A DNA stretch of 64,000 bases, taken from positions 864,001 to 928,000 of the forward strand of contig OY762069.1 in assembly GCA_963665095.1 (NCBI GenBank). Direction: 5' to 3'. A program made the position numbers and the translations under genes. The stretch comes from an uncultured Desulfobacter sp. (lineage in GTDB: Bacteria; Desulfobacterota; Desulfobacteria; Desulfobacterales; Desulfobacteraceae). Shown here piece after piece: positions 21,752 through 32,256 of this stretch (positions are counted from its first letter, which is position 1; each line of letters opens with the position of its first letter). The notes under the pieces are model-generated. The model made no database searches and was not told the DNA's origin. It saw only the letters and a program-made list of their open reading frames with translations.

Positions 21752-22064
21752 CAAGGAAAAAATCAGATTCGGGCTAAGCCTGGAAACTATTGAAAAAATT
21801 AATCGAATCTTTCAGAAGGTTGAGGAAGTAAATGAGGCTGTTCTCTATGGTTCCCGGGCCAAAGGAAATTTTAAGCCCGGTTCTGATATTGATCTGGTGT
21901 TAAAGGGGAAGAACCTGGACCTGCACCTGCTCAACAAAATCAGTCTTGCCCTGGACGACCTTCTGCTGCCTTATACCTTTGATCTCAGTATTTATCATCA
22001 GATCACAAACCCGGACCTGATCGACCATATCATCCGTGCCGGGAAAACCTTTTTTAAAAGATAA
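21741..22064 (+). CDS. Minimal nucleotidyltransferase (MNT) antitoxin
   Basis: LYGSRAKGNFKPGSDIDL motif; overlaps HEPN gene. Confidence 0.9.
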   Translation: MTGNKEKIRFGLSLETIEKINRIFQKVEEVNEAVLYGSRAKGNFKPGSDIDLVLKGKNLDLHLLNKISLALDDLLLPYTFDLSIYHQITNPDLIDHIIRAGKTFFKR

Positions 22065-22386
22065 CTTGTATTATCACAAACAATTCCAACATAGTCGCCC
22101 CTTAAAGGGCAGAGTCGAAAAACGCCTCCCCCACTATCCTTCCCCCCCCCTTTTTTTTGAAAATTATTTTTTGGGCGGCAATGGCAAAAAATCCGGTTAG
22201 GTGACACTGAACCAGAATGAAGGTCAACCTGACTTTTTTATATGAGACTGCCTGGTTTTTTAAACCTCTGTCAGTTGACATGCCCCATTGCATAACATAT
22301 AGTAAAATCCAAAATTTCAAACAGTTATACACCATATCCGATTGTCTTAAACGGTTATTATTTCCAGGATATGCAGCTTTGATAAG

Positions 22387-24828
22387 GTGAAAAAAATGAT
22401 ACCAGAATCAGGGCGAATCCCTTTTTATGTTTTTTTCTTTGTCATGATAGGGCTGTGCTTTTTGCCAGCCCTGGTTTTCCCGGCTGGAGAAGACGCCCGG
22501 ATCGATCTGGGCATTCGCGTGGAAGAATTAAAGACGGCCAGGGACAATATTGCCATGGATATTGGCGTGAGAGCCGAAGTCGTTGCCATGAAAAAAGAAA
22601 AGGGCATGGCATACCACGATAATACCGCTTTAAAAAAAGATCTCTGGTATATGGGCGAACAGGCCAGAGACACGGTGCTTTTAACCACTCAAACCATTGC
22701 CGAAGAAGACAACAGACAGCTTAAAAGCAGCGCCCTGCAGCAGATGCTTGACCGGGTCCACAGTGTGATGAATGAATGAAAAAAAATAGATCAGAATGAA
22801 TTCCTGAACAAAAATTCAAAAAATTTTGCCAGATACAGCGCCGCCATGGCCGAAGTTTTAAAGGAAATCGCCGGTTACATCGACACCTTGCCCCCCCTTG
22901 CCGGCAAGGTTCTAAGCGAGGGTTTAAAAATTTCCGGTGATACCTTTGAACTGATGAATATGGCGTCCGGGGCCGCATGGGAGGCCAAAACCAAGCAGGG
23001 TACCACAGCACTGGACGGCGCAGTCCACCAGGGAGCTGACGCATTCGGCAAATTGCGGCCCACGGACTTTAAGACCTGTTTCAACATCACGGTCCTGGAG
23101 GCGTGGGACCAGGGCAATGCGGTGAGTGATTATTTAATCATCAAGTCGCCGAACGGAGATGAAGCACATATAGACAAGGATCAAGTCCGGGATTATACGC
23201 GGGCCCTGTCCCGCCTGGAGAGCATCAAAGGGGACAAGGTGACCCAGCAGGAGGCCTTTGACCTGGCTGCAGGATGCCTGGAATTACGGCAATTTGAGGC
23301 GGGGGAAGAGCATTTCGCCATTGACCTTGCCACAGTCAGACAGGCCACAGCCAGGGTCAATATAGCGGACCTGGCCGGAAAATTCGGTGAAGAACAGGAG
23401 TTTGATGCCGGCAGGTTTTACCAAAGGTCCAACCTGCTCAGCCAGGCCATGGCCGGCATTAAAACCTATGAAAAAAAGGACGGTTCCTACCGGCAGTTTG
23501 AAGACCTGAATGCCTTTGACCAGATGGCCTTGATCCGGCAACATAACCGGCTCAATGACATGTACCGGCTTTCCGGCCGCGACGGGGAGATTCCCGCCAA
23601 TGTCATGGGTAAACACATGCAGGAGGAACTGGTTTTAAAAAATGCGGATTCAAAGGAATTCAGCACCACGGAAACCATTCTGGTGGATGACATGATGGCC
23701 CGGCTGGATGATCCTGCCACAAGCGAAGCAGACAGGGCCGACATCATGGTCCTGATCCAGGCGGAACTGACCCGTGTGGGAATCGCCACACCCCAGGCGC
23801 TGCAAAAGGCAAACACAACCGTCCAAAAGGCTCAGGTTGCATCTGCGGATGACCCGGCATCAATGGAAGCCACCCCCCAGGCCTGGGCGCCGTTGTCAGA
23901 ACCGCAGACCGCAAACGACGCCGGCGGGTTCGGGGAGATCGGCCAGGAACAGGTCCGGGTGGTGCAGAAGAGGAATAGCGGCAAAAGCGCCCCGGGTGAA
24001 TTCGCCGAAATCAATGATCCGGAGACCCTGCAGGCGATCCGGGATTCAAACGAAGCGCGCAGGAAAAGCAGGGAGGGAGAAATCAGCTTCAGCTACCGCA
24101 ACTGGAATAAAAATTCCATGTGGACTCAGCAAAACAGCAGGAAAAGCCAACAGGACGGACAGGAGATGGTGGACATCCTGTCGGGTATGCTTAAGGGTTT
24201 GACAGAGATCCAAAGGCAAGGTTACGAAAGGCAGCAGCAGGCGGCCAGGGAAAGGGAACTGGCCAGGAACGCTTCCCGCCTCGGCCTGGATAAGAATCCC
24301 TACCAAAAGTATGAAAAGTGGGCACAGGAAGCAAAACGACAAAAAGAGGCCCGTGAAAAGGAAGCCCTGCGCCGTGCCCAGCTGGAGCAGGAAAGAATCC
24401 GGCAGCAGCAGGCCTCAAGTTCACCGCCTGATTCCGGAACCCCGTCCTCAGGCAATATTTACAACAACCCCGCCACAGGACAAACCGGCCGAAGCTATGA
24501 CGAATGTGTTGCTATTTACTGCCCGGTATGCAGCCAGTCCATCTCCCTGTTAGGGGAATCTTTGGACAGCCGGTGCACTGACTGTAAAAAAAACAAAGCC
24601 GGTCTGATTCAAAAATGCGTTTCCGGCTCCGGCAGCGCATCTTTGTCCTTCACCGGTTCAATGTCCCGGAACTATTATGCGGCCCGCAAGTATCAACCAA
24701 GGCTGAACAACTACCTCTATGTCATTGGTAAAAGCCAGAGCGGCAGTGTCAGCGGCTATGACCTGCTTTACGGGCCGGACACCTATTTGGCATGCGAACA
24801 ATGGCTGAAAACCAAAGGGTATTGGTAA
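22387..24828 (+). CDS. Large secreted hypothetical protein interrupted by one in-frame TGA (22777-22779)
   Basis: ORFs 22387-22779 and 22846-24828 are in the same frame with no other stop between; signal peptide only on the first part. Confidence 0.6.
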
Positions 24829-24855
24829 ACTGCTTTTAAGTCAAAGGATAGGGAA

Positions 24856-25389
24856 TTGAAAATAAAGAGGATAACAACGGCACTGGGATATATCTGTTTT
24901 ATGGCACTTTTTTTGCTGATCTATCTGGGGTGTTCTGCCTCCCCGGCATATTTAGCTCGAAAAAATCCCCAGCATCTGACCCATTTCCCGCCCCAAAAGG
25001 CCATGGCCATTGACGGGATCTGGAAAGACCCCTACGGATACAGAGTCATATTTGACTGCGGCCGGGGCTATCTGACCGGCAATAAAGTCATGGAAGGCGG
25101 AATGGTGTTTAAAGATGTGGTCCGGGTGGCACCGGGCAAATACCGGGCCAAATACGGGGAATGCTGGACCAGCCCTGTACCCTTTCCGTGGTGGCCAAAG
25201 ACAAACTAGTGGTGAGGTGGGGAAAAAATAAGGGGGGAACAACTCATTACCATAACACCCGGTCAAAAATCCCTTCGTACGGTCCGCCTGACTGCAGGCA
25301 AAAAACCAGGGGTGTATGAAATCCAGGCCACGGTCCGCCACAAAGGCAAAACCTCGGCCGAATCCGTGCTGTTTGAGTTATCTTTGTAA
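24856..25389 (+). CDS. Putative lipoprotein, apparent 1-nt frameshift near 25156-25159
   Basis: LGC lipobox; adding one G to the G4 run gives an open frame to TAA 25387-25389. Confidence 0.5.
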
Positions 25390-25569
25390 CCGGTAATGGT
25401 CCTGAAAAAGGCTTGTCTTAAATCCCGGGAAAGAAGCCCCCGGACCCTGGTATAAAAATAGATTTTTTCAACCCGGTCTGATAATAGAGCATTCAGGAAA
25501 GCAAACGTAATTTTCTTATCCCTGCCGGAAAAAATAAGCACCAGGGATACAATAACCCAAAAGGAATAG

Positions 25570-26724
25570 ATGATGGCACACCCGGTTTATCTTGATTATA
25601 ACGGCACCACCCCCCATGCACCTGAAGTAATTGAGGCCATGCGGCCGTTTATTGAAACTGAATTTGGCAATCCCTCCAGCACGCACTGGTACGGAATTCA
25701 GCCGAAAAAGGCCGTAGAGGCAGCCCGGGGTCAGGTGGCAGGTCTTTTAAACTGCCGGCCGGATGAGGTCTTTTTCACTTCAGGTGGCACCGAGTCCAAC
25801 AACCATGCCCTCAAAGGCATGGCACACACCTTAAAGGACAAGGGCCGGCACATCATCACCACAACCATCGAGCACCCGGCCATTCTGGAGGTCTGCCGCC
25901 ACCTTGAAACTTTAGGATTTGAGACCACCTGTGTGGATGTGGACGAAACCGGCAAAGTGGGCGTTGATGATATCAGAAGGGCCATCCGAAAAAATACCAT
26001 CCTGATTTCAGTGATGCACGCCAACAATGAGGTCGGCACGATTCAGCCCATTCCTGAGATTTCAGCCCTGGCCCGGGAGCATGGCATTGTCATGCACACG
26101 GATGCGGCCCAGAGCATGGGCAAAATTCCCACCGATGTGCAGGCCTTAGGCGTTGACCTGCTCAGTATTGCCGGCCACAAGCTTTATGCGCCAAAGGGCA
26201 TCGGGGCATTGTTTGTAAAAGACGGCATTCTTCCTGAAAAATTCTGCCACGGCGCCGGCCAGGAAAAAGGATGGCGGGCCGGAACGGAAAATGTCCCCTG
26301 GATGGTGGGCTTAGGCCGGGCCTGTGAGCTGGCGGCCCAAAACCTGGACCACACCGGGAATCATCTTAAGGCCATGCGCGATCTTTTGCACATGGGGCTG
26401 ACAGGCCAGTTAGATGATATCCGGCTCAACGGCCACCCGGACGACCGGCTGCCCAACACCCTGAGCCTTGCATTCAAAGGGCTTGAAGCCAACCGTATCC
26501 TGGAGGAGATCGGCCTTGACGTGGCTGCCTCGGCCGGCGCGGCCTGTCATTCGGACACAGTGACCCTGTCCCATGTGCTTGAAGCCATGAAGATCCCCGT
26601 CGAGTGGGCCAAAGGCACGGTCCGGTTCTCCACGGGAAGAATGACCACCCCTGAAGAGATAGACCGGGCAGTTAAGGCGACTGTCCAGGCAGTCACCCAA
26701 CTGCGCCCGGCCATAGGGGTTTAG
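25570..26724 (+). CDS. Cysteine desulfurase family (class V aminotransferase; IscS/NifS/selenocysteine lyase-like)
   Basis: YLDYNGTTP, GNPSS, TSGGTESN, GHKLYAPKG and AGAACHS motifs. Confidence 0.93.
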   Translation: MMAHPVYLDYNGTTPHAPEVIEAMRPFIETEFGNPSSTHWYGIQPKKAVEAARGQVAGLLNCRPDEVFFTSGGTESNNHALKGMAHTLKDKGRHIITTTIEHPAILEVCRHLETLGFETTCVDVDETGKVGVDDIRRAIRKNTILISVMHANNEVGTIQPIPEISALAREHGIVMHTDAAQSMGKIPTDVQALGVDLLSIAGHKLYAPKGIGALFVKDGILPEKFCHGAGQEKGWRAGTENVPWMVGLGRACELAAQNLDHTGNHLKAMRDLLHMGLTGQLDDIRLNGHPDDRLPNTLSLAFKGLEANRILEEIGLDVAASAGAACHSDTVTLSHVLEAMKIPVEWAKGTVRFSTGRMTTPEEIDRAVKATVQAVTQLRPAIGV

Positions 26725-26755
26725 GCTCGTCCGGCCTTCTTTTTATTAAAACCGG

Positions 26756-27817
26756 TTATTCCTCGTATACCTGGGGTTCTACCAGGGCATCCAGCTCCTC
26801 CTGGGAAAAAGGCTCGGCATAAACCGCCAGTTGAATCAGGGGGGGCTGTGACGGCGTGAATTCCACCCATTTTCCGTTTTTCTTTTCCAGAAACGGCCAT
26901 TTGAGGAGGTCCGGTACCAAAGGAATCACACCGTTATAAAATTCCAGGCTGCCATCCTTAAACACGGCCGGCTTGAACTCCTTGCCTGCTGAAAGCAGGG
27001 TGGCGGCCTTTGTTCCATGACACTCTTCACACTTTCTGGCCTCTTTTGTGATGGAATGGGTGTAGTAAGGCACATAGCAGATAAACGGTTCATTGTTTTT
27101 TCCCACCAGGGTCTGGAGGGTGCCGGAGGTGATTTTTCCGTTGTACTTCACCAGGAGCAGAAAGTCTTTTACCTTGGTGGTAAAACTTTTGGGTTTGCTC
27201 TTGGTTCTGGCCAGTTCCCCAAAATGGCAGTTATAACAGGCCATGGTGTTCTGGACATGGCAGGCGTTACATTCGAGCTCATCCATGTGGATGTCATGGG
27301 AGGGGGAGTCTGGAATGGCGGTAAATTCAACAGAGGTCTGAGTGTGACAGTTCGTACAGGATGCCGTCATGGCGCCGGGTGCCCGCATGCTTTTGTGCTG
27401 TGTGCCGTTGCCGTGGATCTCCTGATGACTGTGGCAGTCAATACAGGTTAAAAAACTGTTCCGGTGAACATCCCCGCACTGGTTAAGGGTGTCCAGGGAG
27501 ATGGTGGCTTTTTCCCTGGAATGGCACCTCAGGCAGGTCGTGGTGCTGCTCGCCTTTTTGGTGGAATAAAAAGCGCCTTCTTTGGTTTGTTTAAGGTGGC
27601 AGGTCTGGCACCCCGCAACATGGCAGCCTTTACAGCTGAGCTGGTCGTAGGGCACTCCGGTGATCTTCATGAATCCGTCTTTGGCCTCATACCAGTACCG
27701 CATCCCTTCGCCGGTATGGTGAAGGCTGACGGAAAAGCTGTCAGGCGGCTCCTCTCCATTAAGGGGCATGCCTGACATAACAATCATGAAACCCAAAAGC
27801 CAAAAAACTCGCCGCAT
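26756..27817 (-). CDS. Periplasmic multiheme cytochrome c (8 CxxCH motifs)
   Basis: CKGCH, CQTCH, CLRCH, CIDCH, CTNCH, CNACH, CYNCH, CEECH; AGGAGG RBS; signal peptide. Confidence 0.9.
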   Translation of the reverse strand: MRRVFWLLGFMIVMSGMPLNGEEPPDSFSVSLHHTGEGMRYWYEAKDGFMKITGVPYDQLSCKGCHVAGCQTCHLKQTKEGAFYSTKKASSTTTCLRCHSREKATISLDTLNQCGDVHRNSFLTCIDCHSHQEIHGNGTQHKSMRAPGAMTASCTNCHTQTSVEFTAIPDSPSHDIHMDELECNACHVQNTMACYNCHFGELARTKSKPKSFTTKVKDFLLLVKYNGKITSGTLQTLVGKNNEPFICYVPYYTHSITKEARKCEECHGTKAATLLSAGKEFKPAVFKDGSLEFYNGVIPLVPDLLKWPFLEKKNGKWVEFTPSQPPLIQLAVYAEPFSQEELDALVEPQVYEE

Positions 27818-28088
27818 TTCTAGCCTCCTTTCAATGAAAAAAGTAAATAAGGTCATCTGTCTGATTGACCTCAAAAAAATAATGAAAAAAGAGGAATCCG
27901 TTTTCCGGTGGTTTTAACAGCACAGAAAAATAAAGTTAGCGGTTTCGGAAAGTGTTAGATAATCATAGAATTCAATATGAATTTGAACTATAACGTGTTC
28001 AGGTAATATATCAAATAGGATAGGAAGAGGTCTTTTGTCAAGGGTTAAATACATACCGTAAATATTGATTGGAAAGGTTAAATCCGAA

Positions 28089-28715
28089 ATGAAAGAAGCT
28101 GCCAGATTAACTATTGAACAGGCGCTGAAAGAGACATCCCCCGGCAACATTATGCTGAATATACATTGCCGCCCACTGGTTGTGCGACGCCTTGACCGGG
28201 ATGACAACAGGCTGGAATTGGTAGGCCGCGGGCATAATGGATATTACTTGTGTAATGGCAGCATCGCAGCTAAAGGGTTTAGAAAAAAAGTGCCCTATAT
28301 CGACTGCAAAGAATCCTTTCCATATGAAAACGGTTTAAAGGATTTCACCAACGCGTGCAAGGTATTGGCCTGTGCTGAAAAAACACTTGCTGAGCTTCAA
28401 AAAAAGAGTGAAACCGCATATTGGGAAAAACAAAAAAAAGCCAATGAAGCAGCCAGAATCAAAATCGAAAAATTAAAGGAACAGGGAAAGTTTTGCAAAG
28501 AGTGTGAGGGGCGAGGTTCGCTGATCGACTATATTTATGACGACCGAAGCCATGACCGCCATCTTTCCTCCATCACCTGTTTCAAATGCCGGGGAACAGG
28601 CGTATCCGAACCGGTATACGCCGAAAATATAGATAAAACAGCCTATACAATACACCATGTTGTTTTTGATAAAAACGGAGCCATAATTCAGACAATTTTC
28701 CAGGATGAATCCTGA
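28089..28715 (+). CDS. Hypothetical protein with DnaJ-type CxxCxGxG zinc finger
   Basis: CKECEGRG and CFKCRGTG motifs. Confidence 0.6.
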   Translation: MKEAARLTIEQALKETSPGNIMLNIHCRPLVVRRLDRDDNRLELVGRGHNGYYLCNGSIAAKGFRKKVPYIDCKESFPYENGLKDFTNACKVLACAEKTLAELQKKSETAYWEKQKKANEAARIKIEKLKEQGKFCKECEGRGSLIDYIYDDRSHDRHLSSITCFKCRGTGVSEPVYAENIDKTAYTIHHVVFDKNGAIIQTIFQDES

Positions 28716-28859
28716 CCTGAAAAAATCCCACTAAGGCACAGCACCAGACAAAGGGAACCCCGGGCAGCATAGCCGGGAACTTGAAAATGTTGTGGAAAGA
28801 CCTCTGATCATGAACCAGGACCATTGCCCAGCCTTGTGGAAAAATGCCGGGATGAAAAA

Positions 28860-28884
28860 AAGGGGGGATGACGTTCCCCCCTTT
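28860..28884 (-). terminator. Intrinsic terminator after the methyltransferase operon
   Basis: AAGGGGGGA...TCCCCCCTT stem with T-run on the minus strand, just after stop 28893. Confidence 0.75.
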
Positions 28885-28892
28885 AAGAGATA

Positions 28893-29693
28893 TCAGCTTT
28901 CAATGGCGCCTGCACGGACCCCTTTGAGGTATCCCATGCAGAACTGATCATGTCCCAACAGCATATCTGCGGTGCGGATGGTGGCCATGATCTTTTTATC
29001 CAGGGGATCGATAATAGCGGAATCCATACCTGCGTCCATCATCAGAGTCACAAAGGTGCGGTTGATGATGTGGCGCTGGGGCAGTCCGTATGAGATGTTG
29101 GAAAGCCCGCCTGTGATATGGACGTCGGGGAACGCCGCTTTAATGGCTCTGACGGCGTCCAGTACCATATTTCCCTTGTTGGTGTCTGTGGAGATGGGCT
29201 GGACAAGGGGATCCACATAGATACTGGCTGTGGGAATATTGATTTTGTTGAGCTCTTCAACCAGCGTTTTTGCCCGTGCCACGATGTCTGTGCTGGAGTT
29301 GGGCATGCCGGCATCATCCATGCAAAGGGCAATTACCCGGCACTCTTTGCCGGACAGAAACGGCATCATGGCGTCAAAGCGCTCCTTTTCAAGCGAGATG
29401 GAGTTCACCATGGGCGTTTTTTCCACCATGGAGAATGCCATTTCAAGGATGGCCGGGTCCGGGCTGTCCAGGGCCAGGGGCACGCTGCACACCGGCTGAA
29501 TGGTGTCCAGAAGCCAGCGCATATCCTCCTGCTCGTGGCCGATGCGGGCACCGGCATTGACATCAATTAGATCAGCCCCTGCTTCCAGCTGTTTTTTCAC
29601 ATCTTCAATAATATAGTCGGCGTTGCGTTCCGCCACTGCCGCCTGGACCAGTTTCCTGGAGGTATTTATCCTTTCTCCAATGACTTCGAACAT
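28893..29693 (-). CDS. Methylcorrinoid:tetrahydrofolate methyltransferase (AcsE/MeTr, pterin-binding)
   Basis: IGERIN, IDVNAG, DSPD, NSISLE and GLSNISYGLP motifs; AAGGAG RBS before ATG 29693. Confidence 0.92.
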   Translation of the reverse strand: MFEVIGERINTSRKLVQAAVAERNADYIIEDVKKQLEAGADLIDVNAGARIGHEQEDMRWLLDTIQPVCSVPLALDSPDPAILEMAFSMVEKTPMVNSISLEKERFDAMMPFLSGKECRVIALCMDDAGMPNSSTDIVARAKTLVEELNKINIPTASIYVDPLVQPISTDTNKGNMVLDAVRAIKAAFPDVHITGGLSNISYGLPQRHIINRTFVTLMMDAGMDSAIIDPLDKKIMATIRTADMLLGHDQFCMGYLKGVRAGAIES

Positions 29694-29718
29694 ATCAACT
29701 CCTTTAACAGGCTGAATC

Positions 29719-29836
29719 GTGTTTGAACGCGACGGCTGGCGACCTGTCGCACTGCAAGAGACTGGGACCTGAGGCCCCTTTGCGGGGCTTTCCCCTCTTG
29801 CGCGCCGTCCAAACACAAATTTTTGTTCAGGCCCTA
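29719..29836. repeat. Structured intergenic repeat (MITE/REP-like)
   Basis: GTGTTTGAACG / CGTCCAAACAC inverted repeat with nested stems; minus-strand end TAGGGCCTGAACAAAAAT. Confidence 0.55.
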
Positions 29837-29841
29837 TCTAT

Positions 29842-30473
29842 CTAATTGATGAAAGATTTTGCAAGTTTGGAGGCAGATCCCGCATCCGGGGCAAAACCGT
29901 CCGCACCAATTTCATCGGCAAAGGCCTGGGTTACAGGGGCACCGCCCACCATGATTTTAACCTGCTCCCGTAGCCCGGCCTCAACAATGGCGTCCACAGT
30001 CTGTTTCATGGCCGGCATGGTGGTGGTCAAAAGCGCGGACAGGCAGACAATCTGTGCGTTATTTTTTTTGATATTGGCCACAAAATCTTCCGGCGCAATA
30101 TCAACTCCGAGGTTATGAACCTCCAGTCCTGCACTCTCCATCATCATGGCCACCAGGTTTTTCCGATGTCATGCAGGTCGCCTTTTACAGTACCGATGAT
30201 TACAGACCCCCCAGCAGCGCCGTCACCATCGCCAAGCAGGGGTTTAAGAATTGTTAGACATTCGCCCATGGCCTTGGCAGCCATAAGCACTTCAGGAATA
30301 AACATGTCACCGGCTTCCATTTTTTCGCCCACAACATCCATACCGGCAATCAGCCCGTTGTTGAGGATGTCCTTGGCTGGAATGTTCTCAGCCAGGGCGG
30401 AATTTACCAGATCCGTGAGCTTTGCAACATCACAGGAGACCAGTGCATCGGTCATTGAGTTTAAATCAGTCAT
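29842..30473 (-). CDS. Cobalamin-binding corrinoid protein (MttC/MtgC-like), 1-nt frameshift at 30158-30162
   Basis: MFIPEVLMAA cap domain, GDLHDIGK[N]LV DxHxxG motif, SALLTTT and VGGAP; A5 where GGA-AAA-AAC needs A6. Confidence 0.9.
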
Positions 30474-30555
30474 TTTCCCTCCATTATATTTATTTACTGG
30501 TTTATTCTACTTTATTGCCAACCGTCCTCAAACCTCAATTGTCGGGTATGGGTCG

Positions 30556-30570
30556 GGTAGGGCGCCTACC
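30556..30570. promoter_or_regulatory. Palindromic putative operator upstream of the corrinoid gene
   Basis: GGTAGG-GCG-CCTACC about 85 nt before the start codon. Confidence 0.4.
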
Positions 30571-30672
30571 TGTTTTTCCCAAGCCCTGTCCGTCAATCCT
30601 CCATAATTAAAATATTTTAAAAAAAACAAAACGTTAGTTATTAAGATTCCGACCAGTCACCCAATTCCAACG

Positions 30673-32232
30673 TTACCTTGCCGGCACTATTCCCTGATTC
30701 CACTCATCACTGCTGATGGAGAGCAGGCAGGTCCTTAAATTGACCTTCTTTTTCTGGATACCCAGTTTGGCCCGGATATTTTTCCGGTGCACCTCAATTG
30801 TCTTGTCCGACAGGTTCATCAGATCAGAGATCTCTTTGGTGGATTTGCCTGCTTTGATGTAACTTGCCACCTGAATCTCCGTCTGGGTCAGATTCATGTA
30901 TTTATGGGACAGATTCCGGGCAAAAGGAGAGATAATATCTCTGATATTGGTCTCCAGAATATCAAGGTATGTTTTCTGAAGCTTGTCCAGTCCGCTGGTT
31001 TTCAGCCGGTCCAGGTACGGGTGTATGAGTTCCCGCAGGTTGTGCATCACCTTTTCTTCAAGATCACTTTTATCGTCATGGCGTATTTTCAAAAGTACCC
31101 GTAACGCCGTATTCATCTGTTCCAGGCTGTCTGATTTTTCCTCCAGGTCTTTTTCCCTATCCTTTAAGGCCTGGTTGGTCAGCTTGAGCCGGGTAATATC
31201 ATGGAAAAAAGAGAAATAAAAAATCTCTTCACCCATTCTTGCATAGTTGGTGCTGACCTCCAGAAACACGTACTCCCCATTTTTCTGGTGTGCCTCTAAT
31301 TCCAGCCTGTCATGGTGACTTTCATACACCCGGTTTAAATGCGCCTTCATGGTCTCGGAAGGGAAAATATCTTCCATTTTAAAGATATTTTTGCCCACCA
31401 GCTCTTCAATGCCCAATCCGAATATCCGGGAGACTGCCGGGTTGGCCTCCAGGATAACACCGTCTTTATTAATTCGGCAGAACCCTTCAATGGCCGTATC
31501 AAGGATCAGCTGGTTTCGGGCATTCTGCTGCTTGAGTTCGCCTTCAAGCAGCTTGTACTCCTTGCCTTCAATGGCAAGAGAGATAAAATCGGTGATGGAT
31601 GCCACAAAGCCCTGTTCTTCATGGGTCCACTTGCGTGGCGCGCCCACATGGTCGCAGCAGATATTGCCGATCATCTTCCCCCGGAGCCGGATGGGAGCGT
31701 CCATGGCGGCACCAACACCAAATTCAGTATAGTAGTGGGGGGACCACTCCTTTGTCCTCGGGTCTTTATGGGCGTCAGCAGCGGCAATGATCCGTCCCTC
31801 TTCCAGGGCATGGAAATAGGTGGGGTAATTTTGGGCGATCATCTGGTTAAACGGCTCAAGCTTGTCAATGGAGGCCACATACTCCTCGTAGGAATCCAGT
31901 TGAGCCAGGTACGGATCAATATAAAGCTTATCCGCATCCAGAATATACCATCCAAAGCTCCCCATTTTTAAATGATCCGGCCGGTAGAGCCAGATACTGA
32001 CAAGCTGAACCTCTAAGGAGCGCCCTGCTGTCATAAGGATTTCATCCAGCGCTTCCCTCAGCGTCCCTTTATGAAAGGCCCGGGATTTTGCCAGATCCAC
32101 CAGTGCCTGGTTCATTTTACGGTGCTTACTCATACCCTGTTCCTGGGCGGCAACATATTTACCTTCCAGGGGCTGTCCCTTTTCATGCGGCTCCTGGTCA
32201 CTCAATTTTCGGTCTATGGGTTTAGAGGCCAT
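30673..32232 (-). CDS. GAF-PAS-LuxR(HTH) transcriptional regulator
   Basis: GAF (AAMDAPIRLRG...RKWT), PAS, and LTQTEIQVA...KTIEVHRKNIRAKLG HTH. Confidence 0.9.
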   Translation of the reverse strand: MASKPIDRKLSDQEPHEKGQPLEGKYVAAQEQGMSKHRKMNQALVDLAKSRAFHKGTLREALDEILMTAGRSLEVQLVSIWLYRPDHLKMGSFGWYILDADKLYIDPYLAQLDSYEEYVASIDKLEPFNQMIAQNYPTYFHALEEGRIIAAADAHKDPRTKEWSPHYYTEFGVGAAMDAPIRLRGKMIGNICCDHVGAPRKWTHEEQGFVASITDFISLAIEGKEYKLLEGELKQQNARNQLILDTAIEGFCRINKDGVILEANPAVSRIFGLGIEELVGKNIFKMEDIFPSETMKAHLNRVYESHHDRLELEAHQKNGEYVFLEVSTNYARMGEEIFYFSFFHDITRLKLTNQALKDREKDLEEKSDSLEQMNTALRVLLKIRHDDKSDLEEKVMHNLRELIHPYLDRLKTSGLDKLQKTYLDILETNIRDIISPFARNLSHKYMNLTQTEIQVASYIKAGKSTKEISDLMNLSDKTIEVHRKNIRAKLGIQKKKVNLRTCLLSISSDEWNQGIVPAR

Positions 32233-32256
32233 GAGATCACTCCTGATAAATATATG

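Noticed and set aside
25207..25215. Amber readthrough of the lipoprotein ORF
   Set aside because: TGA follows two codons later; a frameshift explains the region better
29694..29816. N-terminal extensions in the ORF track (MeTr; also mttB 40895-40951, KAP 54559-54660, recombinase 59023-59214)
   Set aside because: They run through repeats, attC or intron sequence; RBS-backed ATGs lie downstream
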